Shown here: positions 1-10,487 of the stretch, in pieces | Layout: the number at the start of each line of letters is the position of its first letter | Position numbering within the stretch: the stretch's first letter is position 1 | Origin: an uncultured Candidatus Entotheonella sp. | GTDB taxonomy: Bacteria > Tectomicrobia > Entotheonellia > Entotheonellales > Entotheonellaceae | Direction: 5' to 3' | NCBI GenBank assembly: GCA_965217185.1 | Contig: OZ244252.1 | Span: 128,001 to 192,000 of the forward strand | Length of the DNA: 64,000 bases | Translations under genes and position numbers: made by a program | The notes under the pieces: generated by a model | What the model saw: the letters and a program-made list of their open reading frames with translations, nothing else | Told to the model about the DNA's origin: nothing | Databases searched by the model: none

Positions 1-1017
1 GGTGAAGGGACCCAGCCCAAGGCCCCGCTTGTGGTGGAGGTCGACCGCGAAAAAGATGTAGAGGCCCTTGAGGCGCTGGATATCGAGATTCCGGTGCTCA
101 CGCCGCACGTCTATCGGGAATATGCGCACCTCGCCGGGCTGGATGTAGTTGGCATGGAGTATCCGCGCCTGCCCTATCGTCAATTCAGCGAGGAAGAGCG
201 GCGCAAAATCATCTTCAAGGACCTTACAACCGGGCAGGAGGCGCATACAACATTCCTCGACCCCGCTGGCGTGGCTGACTATCGCAGTGTGATCGGATAT
301 TTTGCTCAAACCATCATTAGGGAAATGCGGCTGGTCAGTGGATACGACGTGCTATTCGGCAAGATCAAGGCATTCGTGCAGACAGAGATGTTTGATCGGG
401 CGGTGGAGCTTGAGGAGCCCAACACGCTGCGCAATCTGTCGGAGATAACCGCTACCAAAAAACTGACAGAGACCTTCAAGAAAGCGATCAACGACCTGAC
501 GGTACAAAACGTGAACGGCGCAGAAATTCGGGACACGATCAAACTCAGTGATACGCGTCCGTTCGTAGCGAAAGACCGGGCACATTTGCGGCCGAAAAAA
601 AGCGTTTTCAACCGGATCATTGGAGACAATTCGTTTGAATTGGAATTTGCTCAATCCTTGGAGGAATGGGAAGACGTTACGGCCTATGCCAAGAATTATT
701 TTGCCGTTCGTTTCAAGCTGGATTACGTGAATGCGGATGGCGATATATCCAACTATTACCCGGATTTTATTGTGAAGCGGTCAGACGGAAGCGTCTTCAT
801 TATTGAGACCAAGGGGCGGGAGGAGTTGGATGTTCCGTTAAAGATGGCGCGGCTGAAGGAGTGGTGCCGGGACGTAAACCAGTTGCAATCCGAATCAGGT
901 TACGACTTTGTTTACGTCGACCAGCCGGGCTTTGAGCAATACAAGCCCAAATCGTTCCGGGACTTGGCCGAAAGTTTCACGTCCTACAAGAACGTTAATC
1001 CGGAAACGGGCAGTTGA
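1..1017 (+). CDS. Type III restriction enzyme Res subunit-like protein, C-terminal part (5' end outside window)
   Basis: Frame is open from base 1. C-terminal PD-(D/E)xK nuclease motif YYPDFIVK...IIETKG preceded by AYAKN, typical of Type III Res C-termini. Confidence 0.75.
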   Translation, partial: GEGTQPKAPLVVEVDREKDVEALEALDIEIPVLTPHVYREYAHLAGLDVVGMEYPRLPYRQFSEEERRKIIFKDLTTGQEAHTTFLDPAGVADYRSVIGYFAQTIIREMRLVSGYDVLFGKIKAFVQTEMFDRAVELEEPNTLRNLSEITATKKLTETFKKAINDLTVQNVNGAEIRDTIKLSDTRPFVAKDRAHLRPKKSVFNRIIGDNSFELEFAQSLEEWEDVTAYAKNYFAVRFKLDYVNADGDISNYYPDFIVKRSDGSVFIIETKGREELDVPLKMARLKEWCRDVNQLQSESGYDFVYVDQPGFEQYKPKSFRDLAESFTSYKNVNPETGS

Positions 1018-1204
1018 TTTTGGGGATTCCGTTGGATGGCACGGGGCCAACAAAGCTACGCAACCAGCGAAACGAATCAGACATGACGACACCAGGGAAG
1101 GTATCACTCCGAACCGTACCCCGGGTCGCCGCGTGGTTGCTTTGCTTTGAACCACTGGAGTAGGATGTACACAAAGTTACAACCCATGCAGGGAGGGCTC
1201 AGGG

Positions 1205-2335
1205 GTGGCGGATAACGTTTTTCAGGCGGCGATTGACATACTTGAACGAGGCGAGCAGGCGGCGCTGTCGACGATCATCTCGTCGAAGGGGTCGTTGCCG
1301 ATGAGCGAAAAGAGCAAAATGCTGGTGACGCCGGAAGGGAAAATAATCGGCACGGTCGGCGGCGGCTGTCTGGAAGCGGATGTGTGGACGGAGGCCCGCG
1401 AGGTGATGGAGGCGGGCAAGAGCCGCATCCAGAAATTCATCCTGACGGAGAAATACGCCGGCGAGAGCGGCCTCAACTGCGGCGGCGTGGTGGAAATCCT
1501 GACGGAGCCGTTGCCGGAGCGCGGCCAGGACGTGTTCCGCACCATTCTCGACCTCAAGGAATCCGGGCACCGCGGTACACTGGCGACGATCCTCACCGAC
1601 CACCCCGATTACCCGGAGGGATGCCGCAAGCTCCTGCTCACCGACGACGGCAGCACGGTTGGCTCCCTGGGTAATGCCGACCTCGAAAGTTTTGTGGTGC
1701 AACGCGGTCAGGACGTGCTGCGGGGCGAACACTTCGCCATCGAATCCTACGCCGCCGCTTCCGGCGACACCCTGCAGATTTTTCTGGAACCCGTTCTGCC
1801 CACCCCGACCGTGTGGGTATTCGGCGGCGGCCACGTGTCGTTTTTCCTGGTACGCGCCGCCAAGCTGGCCGGCTTCAGGGCCAAGGTGATCGACGACCGC
1901 CCCGCCTTTGCCAACAAGGAGCGCTTCCCGGAAGCCGACGCGACGGTCGTCATGGAATTCGACCAGGTCCGCGAGGCGTTCGATTTTGGCCACGACGATT
2001 ACGTGGTCCTCGTGACGCGCGGCCACCAGCACGATCAACATATTCTGGAGCAGATTTACGACTGCGACGCCCGCTACCTTGGCATGATCGGCAGCAAGAG
2101 CAAAATCTCCAAGATGTGGCAGCGCTTGGAGGCCAAGGGTATCGACCGTGGCTATCTTGACCGCGTGCACGCGCCGGTCGGCCTGAACATCGGCGCCGAT
2201 TCGCCGGAGGAAATCTGCATCAGCGTCATGGCCGAGATCATCCGTGAGCGGCGCATCGGTAAAGTGCAGTCCACTCGCCACAAGCGCAGCCATGACAAAC
2301 GCCGCGAGGCCGTTGCGGAGGTTGCGGCGTCGTAG
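1205..2335 (+). CDS. XdhC/CoxI family molybdenum-hydroxylase maturation protein
   Basis: GTVGGGCLE and CGG motifs; C-terminal [42 protein letters not shown]. Confidence 0.9.
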   Translation: MADNVFQAAIDILERGEQAALSTIISSKGSLPMSEKSKMLVTPEGKIIGTVGGGCLEADVWTEAREVMEAGKSRIQKFILTEKYAGESGLNCGGVVEILTEPLPERGQDVFRTILDLKESGHRGTLATILTDHPDYPEGCRKLLLTDDGSTVGSLGNADLESFVVQRGQDVLRGEHFAIESYAAASGDTLQIFLEPVLPTPTVWVFGGGHVSFFLVRAAKLAGFRAKVIDDRPAFANKERFPEADATVVMEFDQVREAFDFGHDDYVVLVTRGHQHDQHILEQIYDCDARYLGMIGSKSKISKMWQRLEAKGIDRGYLDRVHAPVGLNIGADSPEEICISVMAEIIRERRIGKVQSTRHKRSHDKRREAVAEVAAS

Positions 2336-2352
2336 GCCGCCGGGAGATATCC

Positions 2353-3255
2353 GTGCAATTGGTGCAACTCGAAACCCGCCCGCAACCGCCGAAACCCTCT
2401 TGGTTGCGCGTCAAGCTACCCACCGGCAAGACGTATTCGGAAGTCAAAAGTCTGGTACGCCAGCACCGCCTGCACACCGTGTGCGAGGAGGCCATGTGCC
2501 CCAACATCGGCGAGTGTTGGGAGCAAAGAAGCGCTACCCTCATGCTGCTCGGCGACACCTGCACGCGCAGTTGCGGCTTTTGCGCCGTGCGCACCGGGCG
2601 GCCCGGCAGCGTGGACGAGCAGGAGCCGGAGCGCGTGGTCGAGACGATTGCCACGCTGGGGCTGCGCTACGCGGTGGTGACGTCGGTGAACCGGGATGAC
2701 CTGGTTGACGGCGGCAGTCACATTTTCGCGGCGGTCATTCGAGGCGTGCGGCAGCATGTGCCGGGGTGCCGCATCGAAGTGCTGATTCCCGACTTCAAGG
2801 GCAATTGGGAGGCTTTGACCGAGGTGGTGGAAGCCGGTCCCGACGTCCTGAACCACAACATGGAGAGCATCGCCCGGCTCTATGACACGGTCAGGCCGCA
2901 GGCCAAATACAAGCGTTCTCTGGAATTGCTGCGGCGGGTGAAGGATATCGATGCCGCCATGCGTACCAAATCCGGCTTGATGGTCGGCCTGGGGGAGGAG
3001 CCCGAGGAGATCGTTGCCACGATGCGGGATTTACGGGATGCCTGCTGCGATCTGCTGACCATCGGCCAGTATCTGCGCCCCTCTCTGCGGCACCTGCCGG
3101 TGCAACGGTTCTATCATCCCGACGAGTTTGCCGAGCTCAAACGCCAGGGCGAGGCGCTGGGCTTCGCGCACGTCGAGTCGGGTCCGTTGGTACGTAGCTC
3201 TTACCATGCATCAAATCAGGAAGCGGCGGCCCAGGCGCTGCATCTGACGGGATAA
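2353..3255 (+). CDS. lipA: Lipoyl synthase
   Basis: [12 protein letters not shown], radical SAM motif CTRSCGFC and C-terminal RSSY. Confidence 0.97.
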   Translation: MQLVQLETRPQPPKPSWLRVKLPTGKTYSEVKSLVRQHRLHTVCEEAMCPNIGECWEQRSATLMLLGDTCTRSCGFCAVRTGRPGSVDEQEPERVVETIATLGLRYAVVTSVNRDDLVDGGSHIFAAVIRGVRQHVPGCRIEVLIPDFKGNWEALTEVVEAGPDVLNHNMESIARLYDTVRPQAKYKRSLELLRRVKDIDAAMRTKSGLMVGLGEEPEEIVATMRDLRDACCDLLTIGQYLRPSLRHLPVQRFYHPDEFAELKRQGEALGFAHVESGPLVRSSYHASNQEAAAQALHLTG

Positions 3256-3341
3256 TTCGCGCTGGCTGTGACCCTGCCGAGCGGCGCACATGTCTTCTAC
3301 AGCCCCTCCCTCAAGGGGAGGAGTTGGAGAGGGGAGGTCTT

Positions 3342-4175
3342 ATGAGCACGACCGTGACCATCGAGGCGAAACTCGACAAGCTGTTGGAGACGCTGCGCGG
3401 CATGGAAAGCGTCATCGTGGCGTTTTCAGGCGGGGTGGACAGTTCGCTGCTTGCCAAGGCCGCCTATGAGGCGCTGGGCGACCAGGCTGTCGCCGTCACC
3501 GCGGTGTCGCCGTCGCTGCCGCAGGCGGAGCTGGACGAGGCGCAAGAGGTGGCGAAGCGCATCGGCATTGAACACCGTCTGGTAAACACGGACGAAATGG
3601 ACAACCCGCAGTACGCCGCGAACCCTGAAAACCGGTGCTACTTCTGCAAGTCGGAATTGTTCGTCAAGCTCAATCCCCTGGCCGAGTCGATGGGCTTCAA
3701 GCACGTGGTTTACGGCGCCATGATGGACGACCGCGGCGACCACCGTCCCGGGGCGCAGGCGGCGCGGGATTACGAGGTGCGGGCGCCGCTTGATGAAGCG
3801 GACCTCAGCAAGGACGAAATCCGCACCCTCTCCAAGCGTTGGGATCTGCCGACCTGGAGCAAGCCGTCTTTTGCTTGCCTGGCCTCGCGGGTGCCGTACG
3901 GCCAACTGATCACGATTGAAAAGCTGAGCACGGTCGAGCAGGGCGAGGCGTTTCTGCGGCGGCACGATTTCCAGGTTTTTCGGGTGCGGCACCATGAGAA
4001 CGTGGCGCGTATTGAGGTGTTGCCGGAGGACATGCTCCGCCTCTGCTCGGAACCGCTGCGCAGCGAGCTTGTGGCGCATTTCAAGGCCATCGGATACACC
4101 TACGTCACAGTGGACCTTACGGGTTTCCGATCTGGCAGCATGAACGAGACCCTGCGCCAAGCGCAGAGCGGCTGA
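3342..4175 (+). CDS. larE: ATP-dependent sulfur transferase, LarE family
   Basis: PP-loop AFSGGVDS, RCYFCK, DHRPG, ACLASRVPYG and GFRSGSMN. Confidence 0.9.
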   Translation: MSTTVTIEAKLDKLLETLRGMESVIVAFSGGVDSSLLAKAAYEALGDQAVAVTAVSPSLPQAELDEAQEVAKRIGIEHRLVNTDEMDNPQYAANPENRCYFCKSELFVKLNPLAESMGFKHVVYGAMMDDRGDHRPGAQAARDYEVRAPLDEADLSKDEIRTLSKRWDLPTWSKPSFACLASRVPYGQLITIEKLSTVEQGEAFLRRHDFQVFRVRHHENVARIEVLPEDMLRLCSEPLRSELVAHFKAIGYTYVTVDLTGFRSGSMNETLRQAQSG

Positions 4176-4187
4176 GGGCGTTTGATT

Positions 4188-4218
4188 GTCGGATTACGCT
4201 GTGCTAATCCGACCTACA
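4188..4218 (-). repeat. GTAG-type REP-like palindrome
   Basis: GTCGGATTACGCTGTGCTAATCCGACCTAC; near-identical copies at 15712 and 45738. Confidence 0.8.
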
Positions 4219-4226
4219 TCTGGAAT

Positions 4227-4535
4227 TTATTGAGGCAGTTCTTCTTCTGGGGCGGGAACGGTCTCGGGGGTGCCGTCAGGCGCCGGGTTCGGGACGGTTT
4301 GCGGTGTTGCGGGCGTAAGCACCGGCATTGGGGTCGCCAAGTCGACTTCGGTTTCATCGTAGCGGTACTGGTGTGCCCCGCGCGGGTGACGGTATTGGGT
4401 AGCCGCCACAGACGGCGCGCGTTCCAGGTCAATAGTCGTCTCGTCCGTCATGCTCCAATCGCCGGGCTGCATGCCGGCAAGCAGCATCAGCATCCCTAAG
4501 CTGTAGACCAGACGATGTAAATGGTTGTGCAGCAC
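4227..4535 (-). CDS. Hypothetical Pro/Glu-rich protein
   Basis: Fills the gap between larE and tmk; hydrophobic N-terminus and Pro-rich tail; start uncertain. Confidence 0.35.
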   Translation of the reverse strand: MLHNHLHRLVYSLGMLMLLAGMQPGDWSMTDETTIDLERAPSVAATQYRHPRGAHQYRYDETEVDLATPMPVLTPATPQTVPNPAPDGTPETVPAPEEELPQ

Positions 4536-4686
4536 GTATCTTAAGTCTCCCGGTAAAATTGATGTTCACCCGGCGGCCTGCGCTGGCGAAGGCCGGAGGA
4601 CAGGCGGCGCAGTATCCCATACCGTCCCGCCGGGACGCAAGGCGTGCCGCGCTCACTTTCCAGTCCTATTCCGGAACGCCATTCCC

Positions 4687-5322
4687 ATGAATCAACCGGC
4701 AAATCTGTGCCGCGGACTGCTGATCGTTTTCGAGGGCCTGGACGGCGCGGGCAAGACGACGCAATTGGGGCTCCTGTACGATCACCTGCTCCAGCAAGGC
4801 CAGGACGTTGTGCGTTTGCGGGAGCCCACCGAGGGGCCGTGGGGGCAGCGACTGCGGCAACTCATGGTGCACGGGCGCGGCGACGTGACGCCAGACACGG
4901 AACTGGAATGGTTCCTGAACGACCGGCGGGAACACGTCGATCAATGTATCCGGCCCGCGTTGAATCGGAAACAAATCGTCCTGCTGGATCGTTACTATTT
5001 TTCGACGATGGCGTATCAGGGCGCCTTGGGCTGTGACCCGCAATCCATCCGGGTGCGTAACGAGGCGTTTGCGCCGCCGCCCGATCTGCTGCTGTTGTTG
5101 GATTTGCCGCCTGCCGTGGGCTGGCAGCGTCTGAATCAACGCGGCACGCCGTCGCATTTCGAACGGCTGGATTATCTGGAGCAGGTGGCCGGCATTTTCG
5201 ACGCCATGGACTTTCCGTATCTGAGGCGCATTCCGGCGAATCAGGAGCCGCAGGTGGTGCAATCGCAGGTGCGCCGGGAAACACAGCAACTGCTGCAGCG
5301 CCACGCACAAACCGGGGGCTAA
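4687..5322 (+). CDS. tmk: Thymidylate kinase
   Basis: FEGLDGAGKTT P-loop, REP motif and LDRY..S..AYQG. Confidence 0.93.
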   Translation: MNQPANLCRGLLIVFEGLDGAGKTTQLGLLYDHLLQQGQDVVRLREPTEGPWGQRLRQLMVHGRGDVTPDTELEWFLNDRREHVDQCIRPALNRKQIVLLDRYYFSTMAYQGALGCDPQSIRVRNEAFAPPPDLLLLLDLPPAVGWQRLNQRGTPSHFERLDYLEQVAGIFDAMDFPYLRRIPANQEPQVVQSQVRRETQQLLQRHAQTGG

Positions 5323-5323
5323 C

Positions 5324-6202
5324 ATGGTCGAGCGCGTCATCGGGCCGACATCACACGTTTTCTATTCACAGCGGTTGAAGCTGCATTACGTGGACTGGGG
5401 CAACATCAGCGCACCGCCGATGGTCCTCATCCACGGCGGCCGGGACCACTGCCGCAACTGGGACTGGGTGGCACAGGAACTGCGCGAGCAATATCACATC
5501 ATTGCCCCCGACCTGCGCGGCCACGGTGATTCGGAATGGTCGCGCGGTGGGCAATACGCCCTCATCGACTATGTCCTCGACGTGGCGCAACTGCTTGAGC
5601 ACTTGCAGTTGTTCCCCATCACGCTCGTCGGCCATTCCCTGGGTGGCGGCATTGCCTGTCAGTACAGCGGCATTTATCCCGACCGTGTCAAGCAGCTTGT
5701 CTCCATCGAGGGACTCGGCCCGCCGCCCGAGCACATTCGCCACGGTCCGGCGCACCAGCGGATGCACGACTGGATTGCCCAGATGCAGGCGTTCGCCGGT
5801 CGCCACGTGCGCCGCTACGCCAGCCTCGACGAAGCGGTGCAGCGCATGCAGGAGGCGAACAAGCACCTGAGCGCCGAGCAGGCGTATCACCTGACGCTGC
5901 ACGGCACCTACCGCAACGAAGACGGCACCCACACCTGGAAGTTCGACAATTACGTGCGGTCGCAATCGCCCTATTCCTTCAACCTGGAGGAAGCCAAGGG
6001 CATCTGGAGCCGGATCACCTGCCCGACGCTGTTGCTGCGGGGCCTGGAGAGTTGGGCCAGCGACCCGATGCTGGACGGACGCGCCCAGGCATTCCCCAAC
6101 GCCCGCTGCGTGAACATCGCGCAGGCCGGCCACTGGGTGCATCACGATCAACTGGACAAATTTCTGGAGGTGGTGGGGGACTTCCTGCAGGAGAACGCCT
6201 GA
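5324..6202 (+). CDS. Alpha/beta hydrolase
   Basis: HGG, DLRGHGDS, GHSLGG nucleophile elbow and AGHWVHHD. Confidence 0.9.
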   Translation: MVERVIGPTSHVFYSQRLKLHYVDWGNISAPPMVLIHGGRDHCRNWDWVAQELREQYHIIAPDLRGHGDSEWSRGGQYALIDYVLDVAQLLEHLQLFPITLVGHSLGGGIACQYSGIYPDRVKQLVSIEGLGPPPEHIRHGPAHQRMHDWIAQMQAFAGRHVRRYASLDEAVQRMQEANKHLSAEQAYHLTLHGTYRNEDGTHTWKFDNYVRSQSPYSFNLEEAKGIWSRITCPTLLLRGLESWASDPMLDGRAQAFPNARCVNIAQAGHWVHHDQLDKFLEVVGDFLQENA

Positions 6203-6240
6203 GCGCCGTCGGAGAGCCGCACGCACAAAGGAGGGTTGTC

Positions 6241-7140
6241 ATGGACGCGCTGAGAATTGAGGAAGACCTGTCAGGCTTGCGCCAGCCGCATCTGCTGTTG
6301 ACCTTCTCGGGCTGGAGCGATGCCGCCGGGGTTGCCACCGCGGCGGGCCGTTTTCTGGTCGAGCACTTGGAAGCGGAACGCGTTGCCCAGATTGACCCGG
6401 AGGATTTCTACAGCTTCGCCGATCAGCGGCCGCAGGCGCAGTACAATGACAACGATCAGCGAGAGATTATCTGGCCGGCGAACGAGTTCTTTCTCAGCCG
6501 CCAGCCACAGCTTGAGCACGACGTGATTATCGGAGTCGGCGTCGAGCCGCACCTCAAGTGGCGCACGTTTACCGACCTGATGATGGACCTGACGCAGCGT
6601 TGCAACGTGTTCCAGACCGTCACCCTGGGCGCGCTGTGGGCGGACGTGCTGTATTCGGCGCCGGTGCGGTTTTCCGGCTCGGCGACCGATCCCGAACTGT
6701 CGCACGCGCTGGGCCTGGGCACCGGCTCGCGCTACGAGGGGCCCACGGGGATGATTGGCGTCTTGCACGACAAGCTGCGCCGCAGTCAATTCACCTCGGC
6801 CAGCCTTTGGGCCAACATGCCGTACTACATTTCCGTTACGCCAAACCCCAAGGGCATGCTCGCCCTGGTGCGGCGCGGACTGGAGATCATTGGGTTGCCG
6901 GCGGACTTCCCGGACCTGGAAGAGGAAACGCGGGAGTTTGAAGAGCGGGTTGCCGAAGCAATCGCCCAGGACCCCAAGATCGCCGCCCACGTGAAAAAGC
7001 TCGAACGCCAGCAGGCACGCGCCGATTCGGGGTCTCTGTTGTTGCCGGAGGACGTTGTCAGCGGCGACGACCTGGCCGCCGAACTGCAGCGCTACCTGCG
7101 CGAGCAGCGCGGCGAGTCGGAGGAATCGGAGGGAGAATAG
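6241..7140 (+). CDS. PAC2 (proteasome assembly chaperone) family protein
   Basis: FSGWSDA, DPEDFY..RP, GVEPHLKW, YEGPTG, WANMPYY; RBS upstream of ATG 6241; paralog at 35615. Confidence 0.85.
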   Translation: MDALRIEEDLSGLRQPHLLLTFSGWSDAAGVATAAGRFLVEHLEAERVAQIDPEDFYSFADQRPQAQYNDNDQREIIWPANEFFLSRQPQLEHDVIIGVGVEPHLKWRTFTDLMMDLTQRCNVFQTVTLGALWADVLYSAPVRFSGSATDPELSHALGLGTGSRYEGPTGMIGVLHDKLRRSQFTSASLWANMPYYISVTPNPKGMLALVRRGLEIIGLPADFPDLEEETREFEERVAEAIAQDPKIAAHVKKLERQQARADSGSLLLPEDVVSGDDLAAELQRYLREQRGESEESEGE

Positions 7141-7149
7141 GCACGCGGC

Positions 7150-8250
7150 CTATCTGACGACTTGCACCTTTTCCCGTTCCACCAAAGCCCAGTCGATCTC
7201 ATACCCCAGGCCCGGCTTCTCGGGCGCATAGACGTATCCCTGATCATCTACCTCGATGTCCTCCACCAGCGCGAACTTGTTGGCGCCGCTGGACGGGAAC
7301 ACCTCGTAATAGTCGCAGTTGGGGATGGCCATGGTGACGTGCAGGTTGGCGACGTTGTTGAGCGAATTGCCGCCGTGGTGAATCTCGCACTTCATGCGGA
7401 ACGCCTCCGCCATGTGGGCGATTTTGACCAGCGGGGTGATGCCGCCCGTCACCGCCACGTCGCCGCGCAGAATGTCGGTGGCCATTTGCTGCACCCATTG
7501 CGCCATGCCGTACAGGCGGCCGGGGGCGTACTCGGTGGACATGATGGGAATGTCCAGTTTGTTGTGCAGCTTGACGTAGTTGTAGATGTCTTCCTCGACG
7601 AGCGGATCTTCGTACCAGAAATAATTCAGCGCCTCGATGGCGCGGCCCACCCGCATGGCGTCTTCATAGCCGTAGGCCCACATGGAGTCCAGCATCAGCA
7701 CCATGTCGTCGCCGACGGCGCGGCGCACTTCCTGGCAAATTTTGATGTCGTTTTGGGGCACACCGTGGGGGTGAATCTTGTAAGCGGGCCATCCCAGGGA
7801 CTGAAAGTGACAGGCTTCCTCGCCGTAGGCTTCGGGGGTTGGCAGCCAGGCCGAACTGGCATAGGCCGGCACGCGGTCGCGGCAGGTTCCCAGCAGACGG
7901 TGGATGGGCAGGCCGGCCACCTTGCCGGCGATGTCCCACAGGGCGACGTCCACCGCGCCGATGGAATTGGTGGACACGGAGCGGTTCATCTTCCACATGC
8001 ACTGCCAGATGGCGCCGCTGTCCAAGGGGTTGGCGCCCATGATGGCCGGCTTGATGAATTCCATCAGCGGCCCCGCGTGCGCGTCGGCGCCCTGCCGCGA
8101 GGAGCCGAGAAAGGCGTGTCCCTCGACGCCTTCGTCGGTATGCACCGTCAATACGCCCAAAAGCCTGGTGCCCCCGAAAGAACCGCTTCCCGTCTGCCAT
8201 TGGGCACTGTGCCAGTTAAACATGGTGACGCTCACGTCGGTAATTTTCAC
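7150..8250 (-). CDS. Mandelate racemase/muconate lactonizing enzyme family protein
   Basis: DVALWDIAGK..P...LLG, WYEDP and PEKPGLG enolase-superfamily motifs. Confidence 0.9.
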   Translation of the reverse strand: MKITDVSVTMFNWHSAQWQTGSGSFGGTRLLGVLTVHTDEGVEGHAFLGSSRQGADAHAGPLMEFIKPAIMGANPLDSGAIWQCMWKMNRSVSTNSIGAVDVALWDIAGKVAGLPIHRLLGTCRDRVPAYASSAWLPTPEAYGEEACHFQSLGWPAYKIHPHGVPQNDIKICQEVRRAVGDDMVLMLDSMWAYGYEDAMRVGRAIEALNYFWYEDPLVEEDIYNYVKLHNKLDIPIMSTEYAPGRLYGMAQWVQQMATDILRGDVAVTGGITPLVKIAHMAEAFRMKCEIHHGGNSLNNVANLHVTMAIPNCDYYEVFPSSGANKFALVEDIEVDDQGYVYAPEKPGLGYEIDWALVEREKVQVVR

Positions 8251-8380
8251 GCCTCGCCTCCTTGCGACGAACGGTTCGCATTCGTAGTTGAACTGAGGGT
8301 TTGAGAAGAGCGGACATCATAGCCGAAGGATCCGCCGCTTGCCAGACGGCGGCTTGGCCCGGCGCCAGCGAAAGGCGGCC

Positions 8381-9352
8381 ATGATGGATCAGTCGAATAC
8401 CCCTGTTTCTCCCATTCGCGTCGGTGTTTCCGCCTGCCTGCTGGGGCAACGGGTGCGCTACGACGGCGGCCACAAGGCCGACCCCTTCATTATCGAGACG
8501 CTAGGGTGGTATTTCTGCTGGGTGCCCGTCTGCCCGGAGATGGAAATCGGTCTCGGCACGCCGCGGGAGCCGATACGCTTGGAGGGCGAGGTGTTGGCAC
8601 CGAGCCTTATTGCCATAGAGTCGGGGCATGACCACACGGCGGGCATGCAACGCTTTGCGGCGCAGCGCGTGCCGCAGCTCGCCGAGTTGGGGCTGCACGG
8701 CTACATCCTGAAAAAGAATTCGCCGTCGTGCGGTATGACGGGCGTGCGGGTGTACGGCTCGTCGGGCAGGCCGCGTCGCAGTGGACGGGGCCTGTTCGCC
8801 CGCGCTCTGATGGCGCGGCTGCCGTTGCTACCGGTGGAGGAGGAAGGCCGCCTGCAGGAACCGGGGCTGCAGGAGCATTTCATCGAGCAGGTGTATGCCT
8901 ACCACCGCTGGTGTGGATTCCTGGCGTCGAACCCAGAGCCGCACGACGTGGTGCAGTTCCACATGCGCAGCAAGCTGTCACTGATGGCGCACAGCAGGTC
9001 GCATTATCAAACGCTCGGACGCATGGTGGCGCGGTGCGGCGAGGGGCTGGACGAGGATTTTCTGGGCGCTTACGGCGATCTGTTCATGGCTGGGCTGAAG
9101 GTCAGGGCGACCCGCAAGAAGCACGCCAATGTTCTGTCCCACATCCAGGGGTATCTCAAACAGCATCTCAGCAAGCCCGAAAAAGCCGTCTTGACGGCGC
9201 GCATCGACGCTTACCGGCAAGGGCTCGTGCCGCTGACTGCGCCGCTGGACTTGCTACGCGATCACTTCCGGCGTTACCCGTGTCCGTACGTGGAAGCGCA
9301 GACCTATCTGAATCCCTACCCCGACGACCTGATGCGGTTGCTGCACACCTGA
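8381..9352 (+). CDS. DUF523 + DUF1722 (YbgA-like) protein
   Basis: VSACLLG..VRYDGGH, CPE..IGLGTPR, KKNSPSCG and C-terminal QTYLNPYP. Confidence 0.88.
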   Translation: MMDQSNTPVSPIRVGVSACLLGQRVRYDGGHKADPFIIETLGWYFCWVPVCPEMEIGLGTPREPIRLEGEVLAPSLIAIESGHDHTAGMQRFAAQRVPQLAELGLHGYILKKNSPSCGMTGVRVYGSSGRPRRSGRGLFARALMARLPLLPVEEEGRLQEPGLQEHFIEQVYAYHRWCGFLASNPEPHDVVQFHMRSKLSLMAHSRSHYQTLGRMVARCGEGLDEDFLGAYGDLFMAGLKVRATRKKHANVLSHIQGYLKQHLSKPEKAVLTARIDAYRQGLVPLTAPLDLLRDHFRRYPCPYVEAQTYLNPYPDDLMRLLHT

Positions 9353-10240
9353 TCAGAGAAAAGACCCGTGGGCGATCATCTTCACGCCGCCGCCGACCGA
9401 CACGGTGATGCCGTCGGCGTCATCGCTCGCCTTGAGGTAGAGCAGGGAAGGGCGGCCAACGGCGTGGCCCTGCTCGACACGAATGTCGATGCGGTCCGCA
9501 CTGAAATAACGGTGCTGCGTCAGATACGCCGCCAGACAGCCGTTGGCGCTGCCGGTGGCCGGATCCTCCGGCACCCCGTAGTAATCCGCGAACACCCGCA
9601 CGCTGAGGTCGTTGCGGCGTTGATACGTTTCGGGGCTGAAGACCAGCAGTGCCTTGGCCTGCGCGTCCGCCAGCAGGGTCAGGCAGCGGTCCCGGTCCAC
9701 CTTGACCTGCTTCAGGGCCGCCAGGTTCTGCAGCGGCACCACGACGAACGGCAGGCCGGTGGACACTTCCTGAACCGGGAAGCGCGTATCCAGCGCGGCG
9801 GCGTCGAGACCGAGCACCGGTGCCAGGGACTCAGGAGCGAACGTCGCGCCAAACACCGGCGCCGGCTGCCGCATCCACAGAATGTCCGGGTCTTCCAGCA
9901 GGTATGTAAAGGTGACCGGAATTGGGCCGACCGGCAGATTGAGGGTGAGGGTGTCCACGGGCGTCTTGACGATTTCCTGCTGGATCACGAACGCCGTGCC
10001 CAGCGTCGGGTGACCGGCAAAGGGAACCTCTGCCTCAGGGGTGAAAATGCGCACGTCGTAACCCCCGCCGCGCGGCTCGCGGGACAGCAGAAAGGTGCTC
10101 TCCGAGAAGTGCATCTCCTTGGCGAGCCGCTGCATGTCCGAGCCGGAAAGCGCAGCGGCCTCGGTAAACACGGCAAGCTGGTTGCCGGCGTATTTCTCCT
10201 CCGCGAATACGTCCACAATGAAGAATGGGATGGTGGCCAT
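9353..10240 (-). CDS. PhzF family isomerase
   Basis: VDVF....GNQL, SESTF, RIFTP..EVPFAGHPTLG and EDPATGSA. Confidence 0.92.
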   Translation of the reverse strand: MATIPFFIVDVFAEEKYAGNQLAVFTEAAALSGSDMQRLAKEMHFSESTFLLSREPRGGGYDVRIFTPEAEVPFAGHPTLGTAFVIQQEIVKTPVDTLTLNLPVGPIPVTFTYLLEDPDILWMRQPAPVFGATFAPESLAPVLGLDAAALDTRFPVQEVSTGLPFVVVPLQNLAALKQVKVDRDRCLTLLADAQAKALLVFSPETYQRRNDLSVRVFADYYGVPEDPATGSANGCLAAYLTQHRYFSADRIDIRVEQGHAVGRPSLLYLKASDDADGITVSVGGGVKMIAHGSFL

Positions 10241-10487
10241 GTGTGGGACTCCCGTGGCGTGTCGGTTGACGGGATTGACGTAGGATTCCGATCCCTTCCT
10301 CTCTACCGCACGGTGGTTGGAAGGAACTGAGTGCTGGCCCCAGCCATCAATAATGTCATTGGTGCCAGCCGCTTTACTTCCAAATTTGTCAATAGTAAGT
10401 TGCATATACGGATATTCGCTATGTGTGTCAGGGTGACACGCTACTATAACGTCAAAGCCTGCAAAATGAACATAACGGAGGATTGCC

